A DNA stretch of 64,000 nucleotides from Macrostomum lignano (lineage: Eukaryota). Each line of letters starts with the position of its first letter. Position 1 is the stretch's first letter. This document shows, in pieces, positions 47,411 to 60,114 of the stretch. The notes beneath the pieces are model-generated. The model was given only the letters and a program-made list of their open reading frames with translations, made no database searches and was not told the DNA's origin. Location: contig NIVC01000639.1 of the NCBI GenBank assembly GCA_002269645.1, positions 234,173-298,172 on the forward strand, given 5' to 3'. Made by a program: the position numbers and the translations under genes.

Positions 47411-49419
47411 ATGCACCCTGACAGCCCGCAGCCAGCAATGATGTCTGCACCAGCCAGCTCAGGTGCGGGTCAGCCAGCGCCTGAGACCGCCAATTCTGCT
47501 GAGCTCCCGCCACCGATTGGCTCACCAGCTTCACCCGCCGACACCGCGGTGTCCCTTGGCGATGACGAGCTCAGCGACGGAGAGCACCTGCTCGGTGGCG
47601 GCTCCGGTCAGCAGCAGCCGAAGATCATCGTACGGACTGCCACCAGCCGGAGTCGGCGAATGGCCGCAGGCGGCGCGCACGGCCTCGCCAGAGACGCCGG
47701 AGCAGCCAGCAGCGGCTGCGACTGCGGGCCCACCTGCCGCCTCATCGGCATCAGCCGCTTCCCACCGGCCGGCCTGTGGTTCGTCAAGGACGTCTGCGGC
47801 GTCTTCTGTGCCATGTTCACCTGGTTCCTCATCTTCTACGCGGAGTACGTTGTGCTGTTTATAGTGCTCATTCCGGCGCCCTCCTTCGCCTTCAAGTGGA
47901 TCAACGGGGTGATCTTTCACGTGCTCATCCTTCTAGCATTCTCTTCGCACTGCAAAGCTATGCTAAGCGACCCAGTGAGTGTATTGCTCTGATTTGATTG
48001 GGTTTGGTTTAATTTTGTTCATCCTGTGTAACCGTCTGACCTAATTTCACCTTATCCCATCTTTTATATGACATTTCGTGACCTTATTTGACCTCATTAT
48101 GCATAACCTTAACGGAATTGACTGGACTTCATCTTATCTGACCTTATTTGACCTCATCCTATTCTTGTTCAACCTATTTTGATGTGATCTCATTGCTATC
48201 TGATCTACTGTTTTGTGACCTTATTTGACCTTATTTGAACCTCCCTCGCAACGCAGGGCGCGGTGCCCATCGGCAACGCAACCAAAGAAAACATCCTGCG
48301 CATGGGCTACCGCGACGGCAAGGACAGGGTGATCTACAAGTGCCCGAAGTGCTGCTGCATCAAGCCCGAGCGCTCCCACCACTGCAGCGTCTGTCGCAGG
48401 TGCATCCGCAAGATGGACCATCACTGCCCTTGGGTTAACAACTGCGTTGGCGAGACCAATCAGAAGTACTTTGTACTGTTTACGGTAATCGCGCCGCGTT
48501 GATCTGATATTTAATCGCCAAATACGGAAGCTTTATAATATTTATGCTACCATTTTACCTTTGTTCCCAGCTGTACATCTGCATCGCCAGCTTCTTCGCC
48601 ATCTACCTGACCGTGCACTACTTTGTGCTGTGCGTCGGCTCGGAATGGGAGTGTGAGTTAATTTATGCTACTGATTGTACACCTAAACCTTTATATACTA
48701 CTGACAAGCTTTGAGTAGCAATGGGAGGAAATTTTTCTATTTACGCTGATATCGTTCTAACGCTAAGAGTATTCTCTTCAGCCTGCGCCTCCGGCTTCTC
48801 CCCGCCTGCCACCACCATATTCCTGGTGTTCCTGCTGGTTGAAGGCGTCCTGTTTGGCCTCTTCACCGCCATCATGTGCGGCGAGCAGCTGCACGGCATC
48901 ATCAACGACCAGACGGTATGCGGGATTTTAGGGATTTATGATTTGAGGATTCTGAGTTCATGCTATTGGGGTGTGAGCTCATGCTGTATTGGGATGTGAG
49001 CTCATGCTGTATTGGGGCGTGAGCTCATGCTGTATTGGGATGTGAGCTCATGCTGTATTGGGGTGTGAGCTCATGCTGTATTGGGGTGTGAGCTCATGCT
49101 GTATTGGGATGTGAGATCATGTATTTGGATGTGAGCTCATGCTGTATTGGGAAATGAGCTCATGCTGTATTGGGATGTGAGCTCATTTTTGGGATCTGAG
49201 CTCAGCTGTATTGAATCCACCGTGACCTGACCTGACCCCGGCGGGCGCCCGCAGGGCATCGAGAACCTGAAGCGGGAGCGGCACAGCTGGGAGAAGAAGT
49301 CCCGCCTGGTGTCCATGGAGGCGGTGTTCGGGCACCCGTTCTCCTGGCGCTGGCTCAGCCCTTTCAGCTCGCCTAACCTGAGCAATGGCAAGCACCAGCC
49401 CTACATGTACTCAGTGTGA
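47411..49419 (+). CDS. ZDHHC3: DHHC palmitoyltransferase, ZDHHC3/7 (GODZ) family; exons 47411-47974, 48257-48484, 48571-48652, 48782-48915, 49255-49419
   Basis: LWFVKDVCG; AMLSDP|GAVP; [47 protein letters not shown]; DQT|GIENLK; WLSPF; phases all match; start could instead be 47438. Confidence 0.93.
48960..49200. repeat. 23-bp intronic minisatellite (GTGAGCTCATGCTGTATTGGGAT)
   Basis: Tandem units in the last intron. Confidence 0.92.
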
Positions 49420-49809
49420 TGAAGGGGGACCATCCTCCCGAGGTTCCTCACTGTGTGCACATGCTGGAAAATTAATATTATGTTGTTAAACTTGCAAAAC
49501 TATTATATAACTGTTGGGCTCAGCCGATCGCTGTGTCTTGGTCTGTGGTCTTTGTGTACTCGAACACTGTCAGATTAAAAATTATATAATATTTACTCTT
49601 CATCAGCTCCCAGTTTCTGTTTTATACTGCGCTGAGATTCAAAGAATTGCTCGTAAATGCTAGGCTGCTTTGTTTTAGACTTATGTTCGCTCCTGTGTGT
49701 TGCCACCCACTCAGCACTCTTATCTATTATTATTAACATTATTACTATTATGTTCTTTAGTGCAGTCTCCAATATTTTATCTCGCTTTCAATGATGAGGT
49801 CTCATCTAT

Positions 49810-50240
49810 GTGGAGCTGACCCCATCCACTCAGACCTGACCCTATCCACTCAGAGCTGACCCTATCCACTCAGACCTGACCCTATCCACTCAAACCTGAC
49901 CCCATCCACTCAGAGCTGACCCCATCCACTCAGACCTGACCCCATCCACTCAGACCTGACCCCATCCACTCAGACCTGACCCCATCCACTCAGACCTGAC
50001 CCCATCCACTCAGACCTGACCCCATCCACTCAGAGCTGACCCCATCCACTCAGAGCTGACCCCATCCACTCAGAGCTGACCCCATCCACTCAGAGCTGAC
50101 CCCATCCACCCAGATCTGACCCCATCCACTCAGATCTGACCCCATCCACTCAGAGCTGACCCCATCCACTCAGATCTGACCCCATCCACTCAGATCTGAC
50201 CCCATCCACTCAGAGCTGACCCCATCCACTCAGACTTTAC
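49810..50240. repeat. 20-bp minisatellite (CAGACCTGACCCCATCCACT)
   Basis: About 21 tandem units. Confidence 0.95.
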
Positions 50241-50699
50241 TCCATCCAATCTCAGTCTCGCACTCAAGAGTTGTCGAGTTAAAAAAATTAATTTATTCAC
50301 TGAAGGCGCATCAGAGCTCTGCTATGTTGAAAATTTGGATTCCTCAATCAACCTGTACGCGGTTATCGCTGAGACGCGCATACATCAGTAATGCATGTCT
50401 CTTATCTCTTAAACCTGAATTTCTGATTACTGCCATCCAAGCTCGTGAGTTTCAACTTTGAACTTTTTGTAATTCCCTCTTGTTCGATGTAGACAAAATT
50501 CTGCGCTAAAACTTGTAGATTTATTAATAATTGTTATTCGTGTACAGAGCGGCATAAGCTGAGCTTTGATCAATCCTCTGTTTTTTTAGCTTTCTTGGTC
50601 TTTTTTAAATGCAGAGCCTCACTTGTGACGCATTGACTGTACTGGCGCTGGTGGCTTCGCTCTGATTTTTTTGTTTAACTACTCACTGGGCCCGTAGCT

Positions 50700-50960
50700 A
50701 CTCGGGAGTCACTCTATACCCACTCATGAGTCACTCTATACCCACTCAGGAGTCACTCTATACCCACTCAGGAGTCACTCTATACCCACTCATGAGTCAC
50801 TCTATACCCACTCATGAGTCACTCTATACCCACTCAGGAGTCACTCTATACCCACTCAGGAGTCACTCTATACCCACTCATGAGTCACTCTATACCCACT
50901 CATGAGTCACTCTATACCCACTCAGGAATCACTCTATACCCACTCAGGAATCACTCTATA
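50700..50960. repeat. 22-bp minisatellite upstream of KDM4 (GAGTCACTCTATACCCACTCAT/G)
   Basis: Tandem units; the CAT variant creates TGAGTCA. Confidence 0.93.
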
Positions 50961-51064
50961 TCACTCCACCCCACACCCAACAATGAGCCACCCCACACCT
51001 AACAAGGAACCGCCCACTTCCCCGCAGCAGCTCGGCCCCAAGCCTGGCAGCTGCCCCCTCCGCC

Positions 51065-52729
51065 ATGTCCTGCCCGCCCACCTCGGCCGTCCGCATCCGC
51101 ACCTACCGGCCTACCGAGGCTGAGTTCGCCGACTTCGCCGCCTACGTGTCGGACACCATCGAGGCCACCGGCGGTCACCTGGCCGGCATCTGCAAGGTGG
51201 TGCCGCCGGAGTCTTGGCGGCCCCGCCAGGCCGGCTACGAGGACCTCAGCCGGATGTCCATCCCGCAGCCAATCCGGCAGCGGATTGTTGGCACCGACGC
51301 GGGAGCCTACCAGCTCTGGAATGAGACTCTCAAGTCTCTGACGCTTGAGCAGTACAAACTGCTGGCTGAGAGCGATGTTCACAGGTGAGACCCGCGGTGC
51401 TGCTTTTCCCTCACAGTCCCCCTCCCCGCAACCCGGGTCTCCGCCCCCCCCCCCCGCAAACCGCATCTCCTGCCCTCCGCAACCCGCATTTCCGCCCCGC
51501 AACCCGCATCTCCTCCCCCCTCACAACCCGCATCTTCATCGCTACAAACCGCAACTCTTAGGCCGCCGGCCCGCTGCAGCAGCCCGGAGCAGCTGGAGCG
51601 CAAGTACTGGGCCAGCCTGACGCTCAACCCGCCAATCTATGGCGCCGATGTCAGCGGCTCGGTGACGGACGCGGACCAGCCGCTGTGGAACATGCGCCGT
51701 CTGGGCACCCTGCTGGACAGTCTGGACCAGCGCATCTCCGGGGTGAACACACCCTACCTGTACTTCGGCATGTGGAAGAGCACCTTCCCCTGGCACACGG
51801 AGGACATGGACCTGTACTCCATCAACTACCTGCACTTCGGCGCCGCCAAGCACTGGTACGCCGTGCCGCCGGCCAACGGACGCCAGTTCGAGCGCCTCGC
51901 TGAGGCCTTCTTCGGCTCCTACAGGGCCGACTGCCCGGCCTTCTTGCGGCACAAAACCTCCGTGCTCAGCCCGCAGCTGCTGCGCCGCCATGGCGTCCCG
52001 TTCGACTCGGTGGTGCAGCGCCAGGGCGAGTTCATCATCACCTTCCCGTTCGGCTACCACTGTGGCTTCAACGCCGGCTTCAACTGCGCCGAGAGCACCA
52101 ACTTTGCCAGCCGACGCTGGATCGACTTCGGCCTGGCCGCCCGACTGTGCCGCTGCCAGCCCGACAGCGTTGTCATCGACATGGCCGCCATCGTGCGCCG
52201 GTTTGGCGGCGCCGCCAAATGTGACTCCGGCAGCCACAAGCGGCCGCTGCCTCAGGGCCGGCACCCCGCCGAGCTGGAGGCCGCTTCGAGTAGTCGCCGG
52301 TGTCCGCGGCAGCGAGTCGGCTCCACTGACGGTGGGGACAGACCTGCCGCTGAAGCAGTCCGCTCAAAGCGGCGTCGGAAAGTACAGTCATCTTCCGGTG
52401 CCGACACTTCAAAGGATGCCGACATTTCAAAGGATGCCGACACTTCAAAAGATGCCAACATTTCAAAGGATGCCGACACTTCAAAGGATGCCGATATTTC
52501 AAAGGATGCCGACATTTTGAAGGATGCCGACATTTCGAAAGATGCCGACACTTCAAAGGATGCCGACATTTCAAAGGATGCCGACATTTCAAAGGATGCC
52601 GACACTTCAAAGGATGCCGACATTTCAAAGGATTCCGACACTTCAAAGGGTGCTGACATATCTGTGCCATCGGAAGCGCCGCGGAAGGCCGTCGCAATGA
52701 ACCTGTTTGACAGGCTGCGCTCGCTCTGA
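51065..52729 (+). CDS. KDM4: KDM4/JMJD2-family histone demethylase, JmjN + JmjC only; exons 51065-51384 and 51562-52729
   Basis: Jmj[12 protein letters not shown]...GICKVVPP; phase-2 intron; [63 protein letters not shown] with intact Fe ligands. Confidence 0.95.
52399..52660 (+). repeat. Coding 18-bp repeat giving (AD[T/I]SKD)n in the KDM4 tail
   Basis: About 14-15 in-frame units inside the ORF. Confidence 0.9.
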
Positions 52730-53059
52730 GGGCAATCGGAAATCCGGAGCACCAGGATCCGCACTTTGCCCTTTTATGACTGCATTTTCATCCACAGATT
52801 TGTGATTGCCGTTGTTTGGATTGTGTTTAATAAGAATATAGTGTTAAAATATTTTAGTGCATTTGTTTATACACATTTAGTGTATTTTTCTGCACATGTA
52901 TGCCTGTCTTACTGTCAGTAGTGAGATAAGCACTTATTAATACCGTTTTAGTACCTTATTTAAGCATGTAATTTTCTGTAAAAGATTTGTCAGATGTCAA
53001 GATTGTATTTGTACAAACTAGATTATATTATGTGCTAAGCTGCTAACCCTCCCAGATAC

Positions 53060-53450
53060 TCGGCCCTCCGCAATACCAGCTCCTCAGGCAGCTCACCTCA
53101 ATACCAGCTCCTCAGGCAGCCCACCTCAATACCAGCTCCTCAGGCAGCTCACCTCAATACCAGCTCCTCAGGCAGCCCACCTCAATACCAGCTCCTCAGG
53201 CAGCCCACCTCAATATTAGCTCCTCAGGCAGCCCACCTCAATACCAGCTCCTCAGGCAGCTCACCTCAATACCAGCTCCTCAGGCAGCTCACCTCAATAC
53301 CAGCTCCTCATACCGCCCATCTCATTACCAGCTCCTCATACCGCCCATCTCATTACCAGCTCCTCAGGCAGCTCACCTCAATGCCAGCTCCTCAGGCAGC
53401 TCACCTCATTACCAGCTCCTCATACCGCCCATCTCATTACCAGCTCCTCA
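53060..53450. repeat. 28-bp minisatellite (AATACCAGCTCCTCAGGCAGCTCACCTC)
   Basis: Tandem units. Confidence 0.93.
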
Positions 53451-53849
53451 GTCTGGGTAAAGCTGGAGTTGATCAATTCTGATTAGTTTTTTGTCCTGCT
53501 TTTGCACTGTTCTATGCAAGAACTCCTTTGTTTTGTATAATAAGATTTTATATCGTTTGTACATAATTGCACCGTTTGATTTCTGCCAAATCGAACGTGT
53601 GCAGTATCGTGCTTGTTTTACAAATTAAACACTTCTTACTGATAATATCGGCCTACAGAGGTCTGGTCGCTTGTTGTACAAGTTATGAAACTTTTTGCAT
53701 CAATTTGTACGAGCGTGTTTTTATTTTTTAAAACAGCTACTCTTGCCTCAAAGTACATTCAGAGTAAAGTACATTTAGAGTATATACCATTCTACATGTA
53801 AGACAGGGGAAGTTTATAAACTAAGCCTTTGTGGAGTTGCATCTGTCAG

Positions 53850-55020
53850 CCTCTCAGATCCTCAATTGCTAAGCCAGCCTCCCAGATCCTCAGTTACTGG
53901 GCCAGCCTCTCAGATCCTCAATTGCTAAGCCAGCCTCCCAGATCCTCAGTTACTGGGCCAGCCTCTCAGATCCTCAATTGCTAAGCCAGCCTCCCAGATC
54001 CTCAGTTGCTGGGTCAGCCTCCCAGATCCTCAGTTGATGGGCCAGCCTCCCAGATCCTCAGTTGATGGGCCGGCCTCCCAGATCCTCAGTTGATGGGCCA
54101 GCCTCCCAGATCCTCAGTTGCTGGGCCAGCTTCCCAGATCCTCAGTTGCTGGGCCAGCCTCCCAGATCCTCAGTTACTGGGCCAGCCTCTCAGATTCTCA
54201 GTTGCTAAGCCAGCCTCCCAGATCCTCAGTTGCTGGGTCAGCCTCCCAGATCCTCAGTTGATGGGCCAGCCTCCCAGATCCTCAGTTGATGGGCCAGCCT
54301 CCCAGATCCTCAGTTGCTGGGCCAGCCTCCCAGATCCTCAGTTGCTGGGCCAGCCTCCCAGATCCTCAGTTGCTGGGCCAGCCTCCCAGATCCTCAGTTG
54401 CTGAGCCAGCCTCCCAGATCCTCAGTTGCTGGGTCAGCCTTCCAGATCCTCAGTTGATGGTCCAGCCTCCCAGATCCTCAGTTGATGGGCCAGCCTCCCA
54501 AATCCTCAGTTGCTGGGCCAGCCTCCCAGATCCTCAGTTGCTGGGCCAGCCTCCCAGATCCTCAGTTGCTGGGCCAGCCTCCCAGATCCTCAGTTGATGG
54601 GCCAGCCTCCCAGATCCTCAGTTGCTGGGCCAGCCTCCCAGATCCTCAGTTGCTGGGCCAGCCTCCCAGATCCTCAGTTGCTGGGCCAGCCTCTCAGATC
54701 CTCAGTTGCTGGGCCAGCCTCCCAGATCCTCAGTTGCTGGGCCAGCCTCCCAGATCCTCAGTTGCTGAGCCAGCCTCCCAGATCCTCAGTTGCTGGGCCA
54801 GCCTCCCACATCCTCAGTTGCAGGGCCAGCCTCCCAGATCCTCAGTTGCTGGGCCAGCCTCCCAGATCCTCAGTTGCTGGGCCAGCCTCCCAGATCCTCA
54901 GTTGCTGGGCCAGCCTCCCAGATCCTCAGTTGCTGGGTCAGGCTCCCCAATACTCAGTTGCTGGGCCACCCTCCCAGATCCTCAGTTGCTGGGCGACCCT
55001 CCCAGATCCCCAACCGGGCC
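53850..55020. repeat. 28-bp minisatellite (GCTGGGCCAGCCTCCCAGATCCTCAGTT)
   Basis: About 40 tandem units. Confidence 0.97.
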
Positions 55021-55058
55021 TGAGGATTAGTCCCTCACTGAGCACTCAGCAAAGAAGT

Positions 55059-58000
55059 TCAAGAGTTCAACTTCGATTCCTCGCTCGACTTCTCGGTCGC
55101 CTCCTCCGCTGACGCCGCGCGGCCCTGGCAGAAGCCCAGCTGACAGGCCTGGCAGCCGGTCCGGTCGTGCTTCCGGTTCGGGTTTCCGGCGCGGCGCCAC
55201 AGCTGCACCCGCTGGTCGCCCAAACTGACCCGGTACAGGGTCTGGCCTATGCGCCAGAACACATTGTACATAACCTGAATTGGAGTTTGGCAGGGCTCGG
55301 AGCCTTCACCTCCTGGATGACCCGTGCTCTGATCCTTCACCACCTGTATGACCCGTGCTCTGATCCTTCACCACCTGTATGACCCGTGCTCTGATCCTTC
55401 ACCACCTGTATGACCCGTGCTCTGATCCTTCACCACCTGTATGACCCGTGCTCTGGTCCTTCACCACCTGTATGACCCGTGCTCTGATCCTTCACCACCT
55501 GTATGACCCGTGCTCTGATTCTTCACCACCTGCATGACCCGTGCTCTGGTCCTTCACCACCTGTATGACCCGTGCTCTGGTCCTTCACCACCTGTATGAC
55601 CCGTGCTCTGAGCCTTCACCACCTGCATGACCCGTGCTCTGATCCTTCACCACCTGTATGACCCGTGCTCTGGTCCTTCACCACCTGTATGACCCGTGCT
55701 CTGGTCCTTCACCACCTGTATGACCCGTGCTCTGAGCCTTCACCACCTGTATGACCCGTGCTCTGATCTTTCACCACCTGAATGGCCTGATTCTTCACCA
55801 CCTGAATGACCCGTGCTCTGGTCCTTCACCACCTGTATGACCCGTGCTCTGAGCCTTCACCACCTGTATGACCCGTGCTCTGATCCTTCACCACCTGTAT
55901 GACCCGTTCTCTGAGCCTTCACCACCTGTATGACCCGTTCTCTGATTCTTCACCACCTGCATGACCCGTGCTCTGATCCTTCACCACCTGTATGACCCGT
56001 GCTCTGATCCTTCACCACCTGCATGACCCGTGCTCTGATCCTTCACCACCTGTATGACCCGTGCTCTGATCTATTACGACGTGCAGTTCATCTCCCTGCC
56101 GCACCTTCTCGATCTCCTCCGGGTACCACTGTGGCTCCTCAAACACGGTGTCGGCTCCGCCGCGGTGACCTGCGGTCTCGTGGCAGCGCTGCTTGAACAG
56201 GCGGAACAGTAAGTTGTAGCCACGCTGCAACAACGGCCGCCCGTTGTCCGGGTCCAGCAGTCCGGGCCCCGCGCCGTCCACCCGGAACAGGTGGAACACG
56301 ATGCGGCCCTTCATGGACGTCCACTCCTTTGGACATTGCTGGCGAGGGGTTTCGGGCTGTGGTTACGCTTCTGAGAAGTCTATCTAATGAGTTCGAATAG
56401 GTTCAGTTAACGATTCTGAATAGGTTTCAGTTGAGGATTTTGAAGAGGTCCAGTTGATTTCGTACAGATTTATTTGACATAAAAAATCGAAGGCCCTGGC
56501 AACAGATGGCCTGCTAATCACGCACGCTACCTACACATTGCACTGCTTTACTCCAACTCTGTGTCCAAACAGTTGGCCCGGAGCATCCCCTCGTCAGCTA
56601 AAAGTTCATTCCCAGTCATTGATCGAGCGGGCTGGCTGCCTGTCACCCCTCTGGGAGTTTATTATTGTCTTCAACTATTCAACTATAGCAGGTAAAAACT
56701 AAAGAGACTTCGCGCCTCGCCCAGGTCTCGAGAGTTCAGCGGGAAAAAGCGGAACAAAAATGGGATCAGAACTTTTTCGGCAAGAAGCGATGGGGGATTA
56801 CACTGCATCGCGTGTCAGCGAGCCTGCCAAGCCATTGAAACCATGCTGGCAGTGTCTGGAAAGCCACGGAACACAGCCTTACAGACTGTCTGAACAGCCA
56901 CAGAACACAGCCTTACAGACTGAATGAACAGCCACAGAACACAGCCTTACAGACAGTCTGAACAGCCACAGAACACAGCCTTACAGACTGGCTGAACAGC
57001 CACAGAACACAGCCTTACAGTCTGAATGAACAGCCACAGAACACAGCCTTACAGACAGTCTGAACAGCCACAGAACACAGCCTTACAGACTGACTGAACA
57101 GCCACAGAACACAGCCTTACAGTCTGAATGAACAGCCACAGAACACAGCCTTACAGACAGTCTGAACAGCCACAGAACACAGCCTTACAGACTGACTGAA
57201 CAGCCACAGAACACAGCCTTACAGTCTGAATGAACAGCCACAGAACACAGCCTTACAGTCTGAATGAACAGCCACAGAACACAGCCTTACAGACAGTCTG
57301 AACAGCCACAGAACACAGCCTTACAGTCTGAATGAACAGCCACAGAACACAGCCTTACAGTCTGAATGAACAGCCACAGAACACAGCCTTACAGACAGTC
57401 TGAACAGCCACAGAACACAGCCTTACAGTCTGAATGAACAGCCACAGAACACAGCCTTACAGTCTGAATGAACAGCCACAGAACACAGCCTTACAGACTG
57501 AATGAACAGCCACAGAACACAGCCTTACAGACTGAACAGCCACAGAACACAGCCTTACAGACTGTCTGAACAGCCACAGAACACAGCCTTACAGTCTGAA
57601 CAGCCACAGAACACAGCCTTACAGACAGTCTGAACAGCCACAGAACACAGCCTTACAGACTGACTGAACAGCCACAGAACACAGCCTTACAGACAGTCTG
57701 AACAGCCACAGAACACAGCCTTACAGACTGACTGAACAGCCCAGAACACAGCCTTACAGACAGTCTGAACAGCCACAGAACACAGCCTTACAGTCTGAAC
57801 AGCCACAGAACACAGCCTTACAGACAGTCTGAACAGCCACAGAACACAGCCTTACAGACAGTCTGAACAGCCACAGAACACAGCCTTACAGTCTGAATGA
57901 ACAGCCACAGAACACAGCCTTACAGTCTGAATGAACAGCCACAGAACACAGCCTTACAGACTGAATGAACAGCCACAGAACACAGCCTTACAGACTGAAC

Positions 58001-59286
58001 AGCCACAGAACACAGCCTTACAGACTGTCTGAACAGCCACAGAACACAGCCTTACAGTCTGAACAGCCACAGAACACAGCCTTACAGACAGTCTGAACAG
58101 CCAAAGAACACAGCCTTACAGACTGACTGAACAGCCACAGAACACAGCCTTACAGACAGTCTGAACAGCCACAGAACACAGCCTTACAGACTGACTGAAC
58201 AGCCCAGAACACAGCCTTACAGACAGTCTGAACAGCCACAGAACACAGCCTTACAGTCTGAACAGCCACAGAACACAGCCTTACAGACAGTCTGAACAGC
58301 CACAGAACACAGCCTTACAGACAGTCTGAACAGCCACAGAACACAGCCTTACAGACAGTCTGAACAGCCACAGAACACAGCCTTACAGACTGAATGAACA
58401 GCCACAGAACACAGCCTTACAGACAGTCTGAACAGCCACAGAACACAGCCTTACAGACTGGCTGAACAGCCACAGAACACAGCCTTACAGACAGTCTGAA
58501 CAGCCACAGAACACAGCCTTACAGACTGAATGAACAGCCACAGAACACAGCCTTACAGACAGTCTGAACAGCCACAGAACACAGCCTTACAGACTGAATG
58601 AACAGCCACAGAACACAGCCTTACAGACTGACTGAACAGCCACAGAACACAGCCTTACAATCTGAATGAACAGCCACAGAACACAGCCTTACAGTCTGAA
58701 TGAACAGCCACAGAACACAGCCTTACAGACAGTCTGAACAGCCACAGAACACAGCCTTACAGTCTGAATGAACAGCCACAGAACACAGCCTTACAGACTG
58801 ACTGAACAGCCACAGAACACGGCCTTACAGACTGAATGAACAGCCACAGAACACAGCCTTACAGACTGAATGAACAGCCACAGAGCACAGCCTTACAGAC
58901 AGTCTGAACAGCCACAGAACACAGCCTTACAGACTGAATGAACAGCCACAGAACACAGCCTTATATCCCGGTGACTCACAGAGCAGCGGAATCGAACCTT
59001 GGCCCCATCATAGAATGAGCAGCCCACAATGTTCAGTCGCAGGTTGTTGCTCAGTGGCTCCCGCGGGCTCCACAGGCAGCCGTAGTCGCCCCCGGCTGGC
59101 GGCAGACCGCCCGTCAGTCGGCGAAGCTTCGCCTCGGTGGCGTCGTCTAGCGGTGACGGCCCGTCCGGCGGCGACTCCCGCCAGAGCTGCGCCTCGCCGA
59201 GGTAGGCGGAGCTGCCGGCCAGGGCGGTCAACAGCCGGTGGCGCTGCAGATGGAACTGCGCCTGCCAGACCCTGCGGATCTCCGCG
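55059..59286 (-). CDS. zf-3CxxC (receptor-transporting protein-like) protein; exons 59286-58980, 56338-56078, 55274-55059; an upstream exon probably ends at ~63676
   Basis: Spliced AKVRFRCS|QCPKEWTSMKGRIVFH, LFKQRCH, EEPQW.PEEIEK, HDRTGCQACQLGFC match the 3CxxC pattern; intron phases match; start not resolved. Confidence 0.75.
55317..56070. repeat. 31-bp intronic minisatellite (TGACCCGTGCTCTGATCCTTCACCACCTGTA)
   Basis: About 24 tandem units. Confidence 0.96.
56870..58965. repeat. 30-34-bp intronic minisatellite (ACAGCCACAGAACACAGCCTTACAGACAGTCTGA)
   Basis: About 2.1 kb; constant core with a variable TGAA/CTGA/AGTC segment. Confidence 0.97.
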
Positions 59287-59339
59287 CTTTTGAGGGAGAA
59301 GGGAATGAGAGTATGCTGAGAGTAAATGCGAGAGTGGGC

Positions 59340-59555
59340 TGAGAGTAGAGGGAGAGTAGACTGAGAGTAGAGGGAGAGTAGACTGAGAGTAAGGGTGGGA
59401 GTAGGCTGAGAGTAAGGGTGGGAGTAGGCTGAGAGTAAGGGTGGGAGTAGGCTGAGAGTAAGGGTGGGAGTAGGCTGAGAGTAAGGGTGGGAGTAGGCTG
59501 AGAGTAAGGGTGGGAGTAGGCTGAGAGTAAGGGTGGGAGTAGGCTGAGAGTACAT
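59340..59555. repeat. 23-bp minisatellite (CTGAGAGTAAGGGTGGGAGTAGG)
   Basis: Tandem units next to a splice acceptor. Confidence 0.93.
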
Positions 59556-60114
59556 TTAGAGTGGGCTTTGAGTGAGAGCAGAGTTGGGCCTGTCAGCCGA
59601 AGCGGTTGATTTTGGGATTTCGTGGTTTTTTGCTTCCCAAAATCATCCCTGCTCAAACAATGCGCTGCCTGGCTGGCAACCGGAAACCGGCCGGCTGTTC
59701 CGCTTCACACAGCGCGGGCAGGTTGCTCCCGAGCCCCGCTTTGTTCCCAGGAAATGCGAGATGGGAGAATGGGGATTCTTCGGCCAGCGCGGGACTGGGG
59801 ATCTGGACGGGAGGCTGGGACGAGGCGGTGAGAAAGGAAGACGGGACGAAAAACATTCCGGGTCCGGCTTTTTGAGAGGCGCAGGCCGGGGATGCTGGGA
59901 GCAACAACTGATGGAGCTGGCAGTCCTTGTCCCCATTGTTCCCCAGTCGGATTGCGACGTCTCTTCTGGAAGCAGAAAAAAATCTTTCAGGTAGAGCGCG
60001 GAACAATTTTCGGCGGCAAACAGGGCTTGGATTTCCCGAACAGGGGGGTGGGAGATTTATCCCCTGCGATCTGACAGCTGCGTGACTTCGTGCGGCTGAA
60101 TTCCTCAGGGCGCG

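Noticed and set aside
56870-58965. CRISPR-like constant core with a variable segment
   Set aside because: The variable part is only 4-8 nt from a few recurring variants, not unique spacers; no cas genes; eukaryotic intron
59600-60110. Additional exon of the zf-3CxxC gene
   Set aside because: No frame gave consistent splice phases, and the flanking exons join in phase without it
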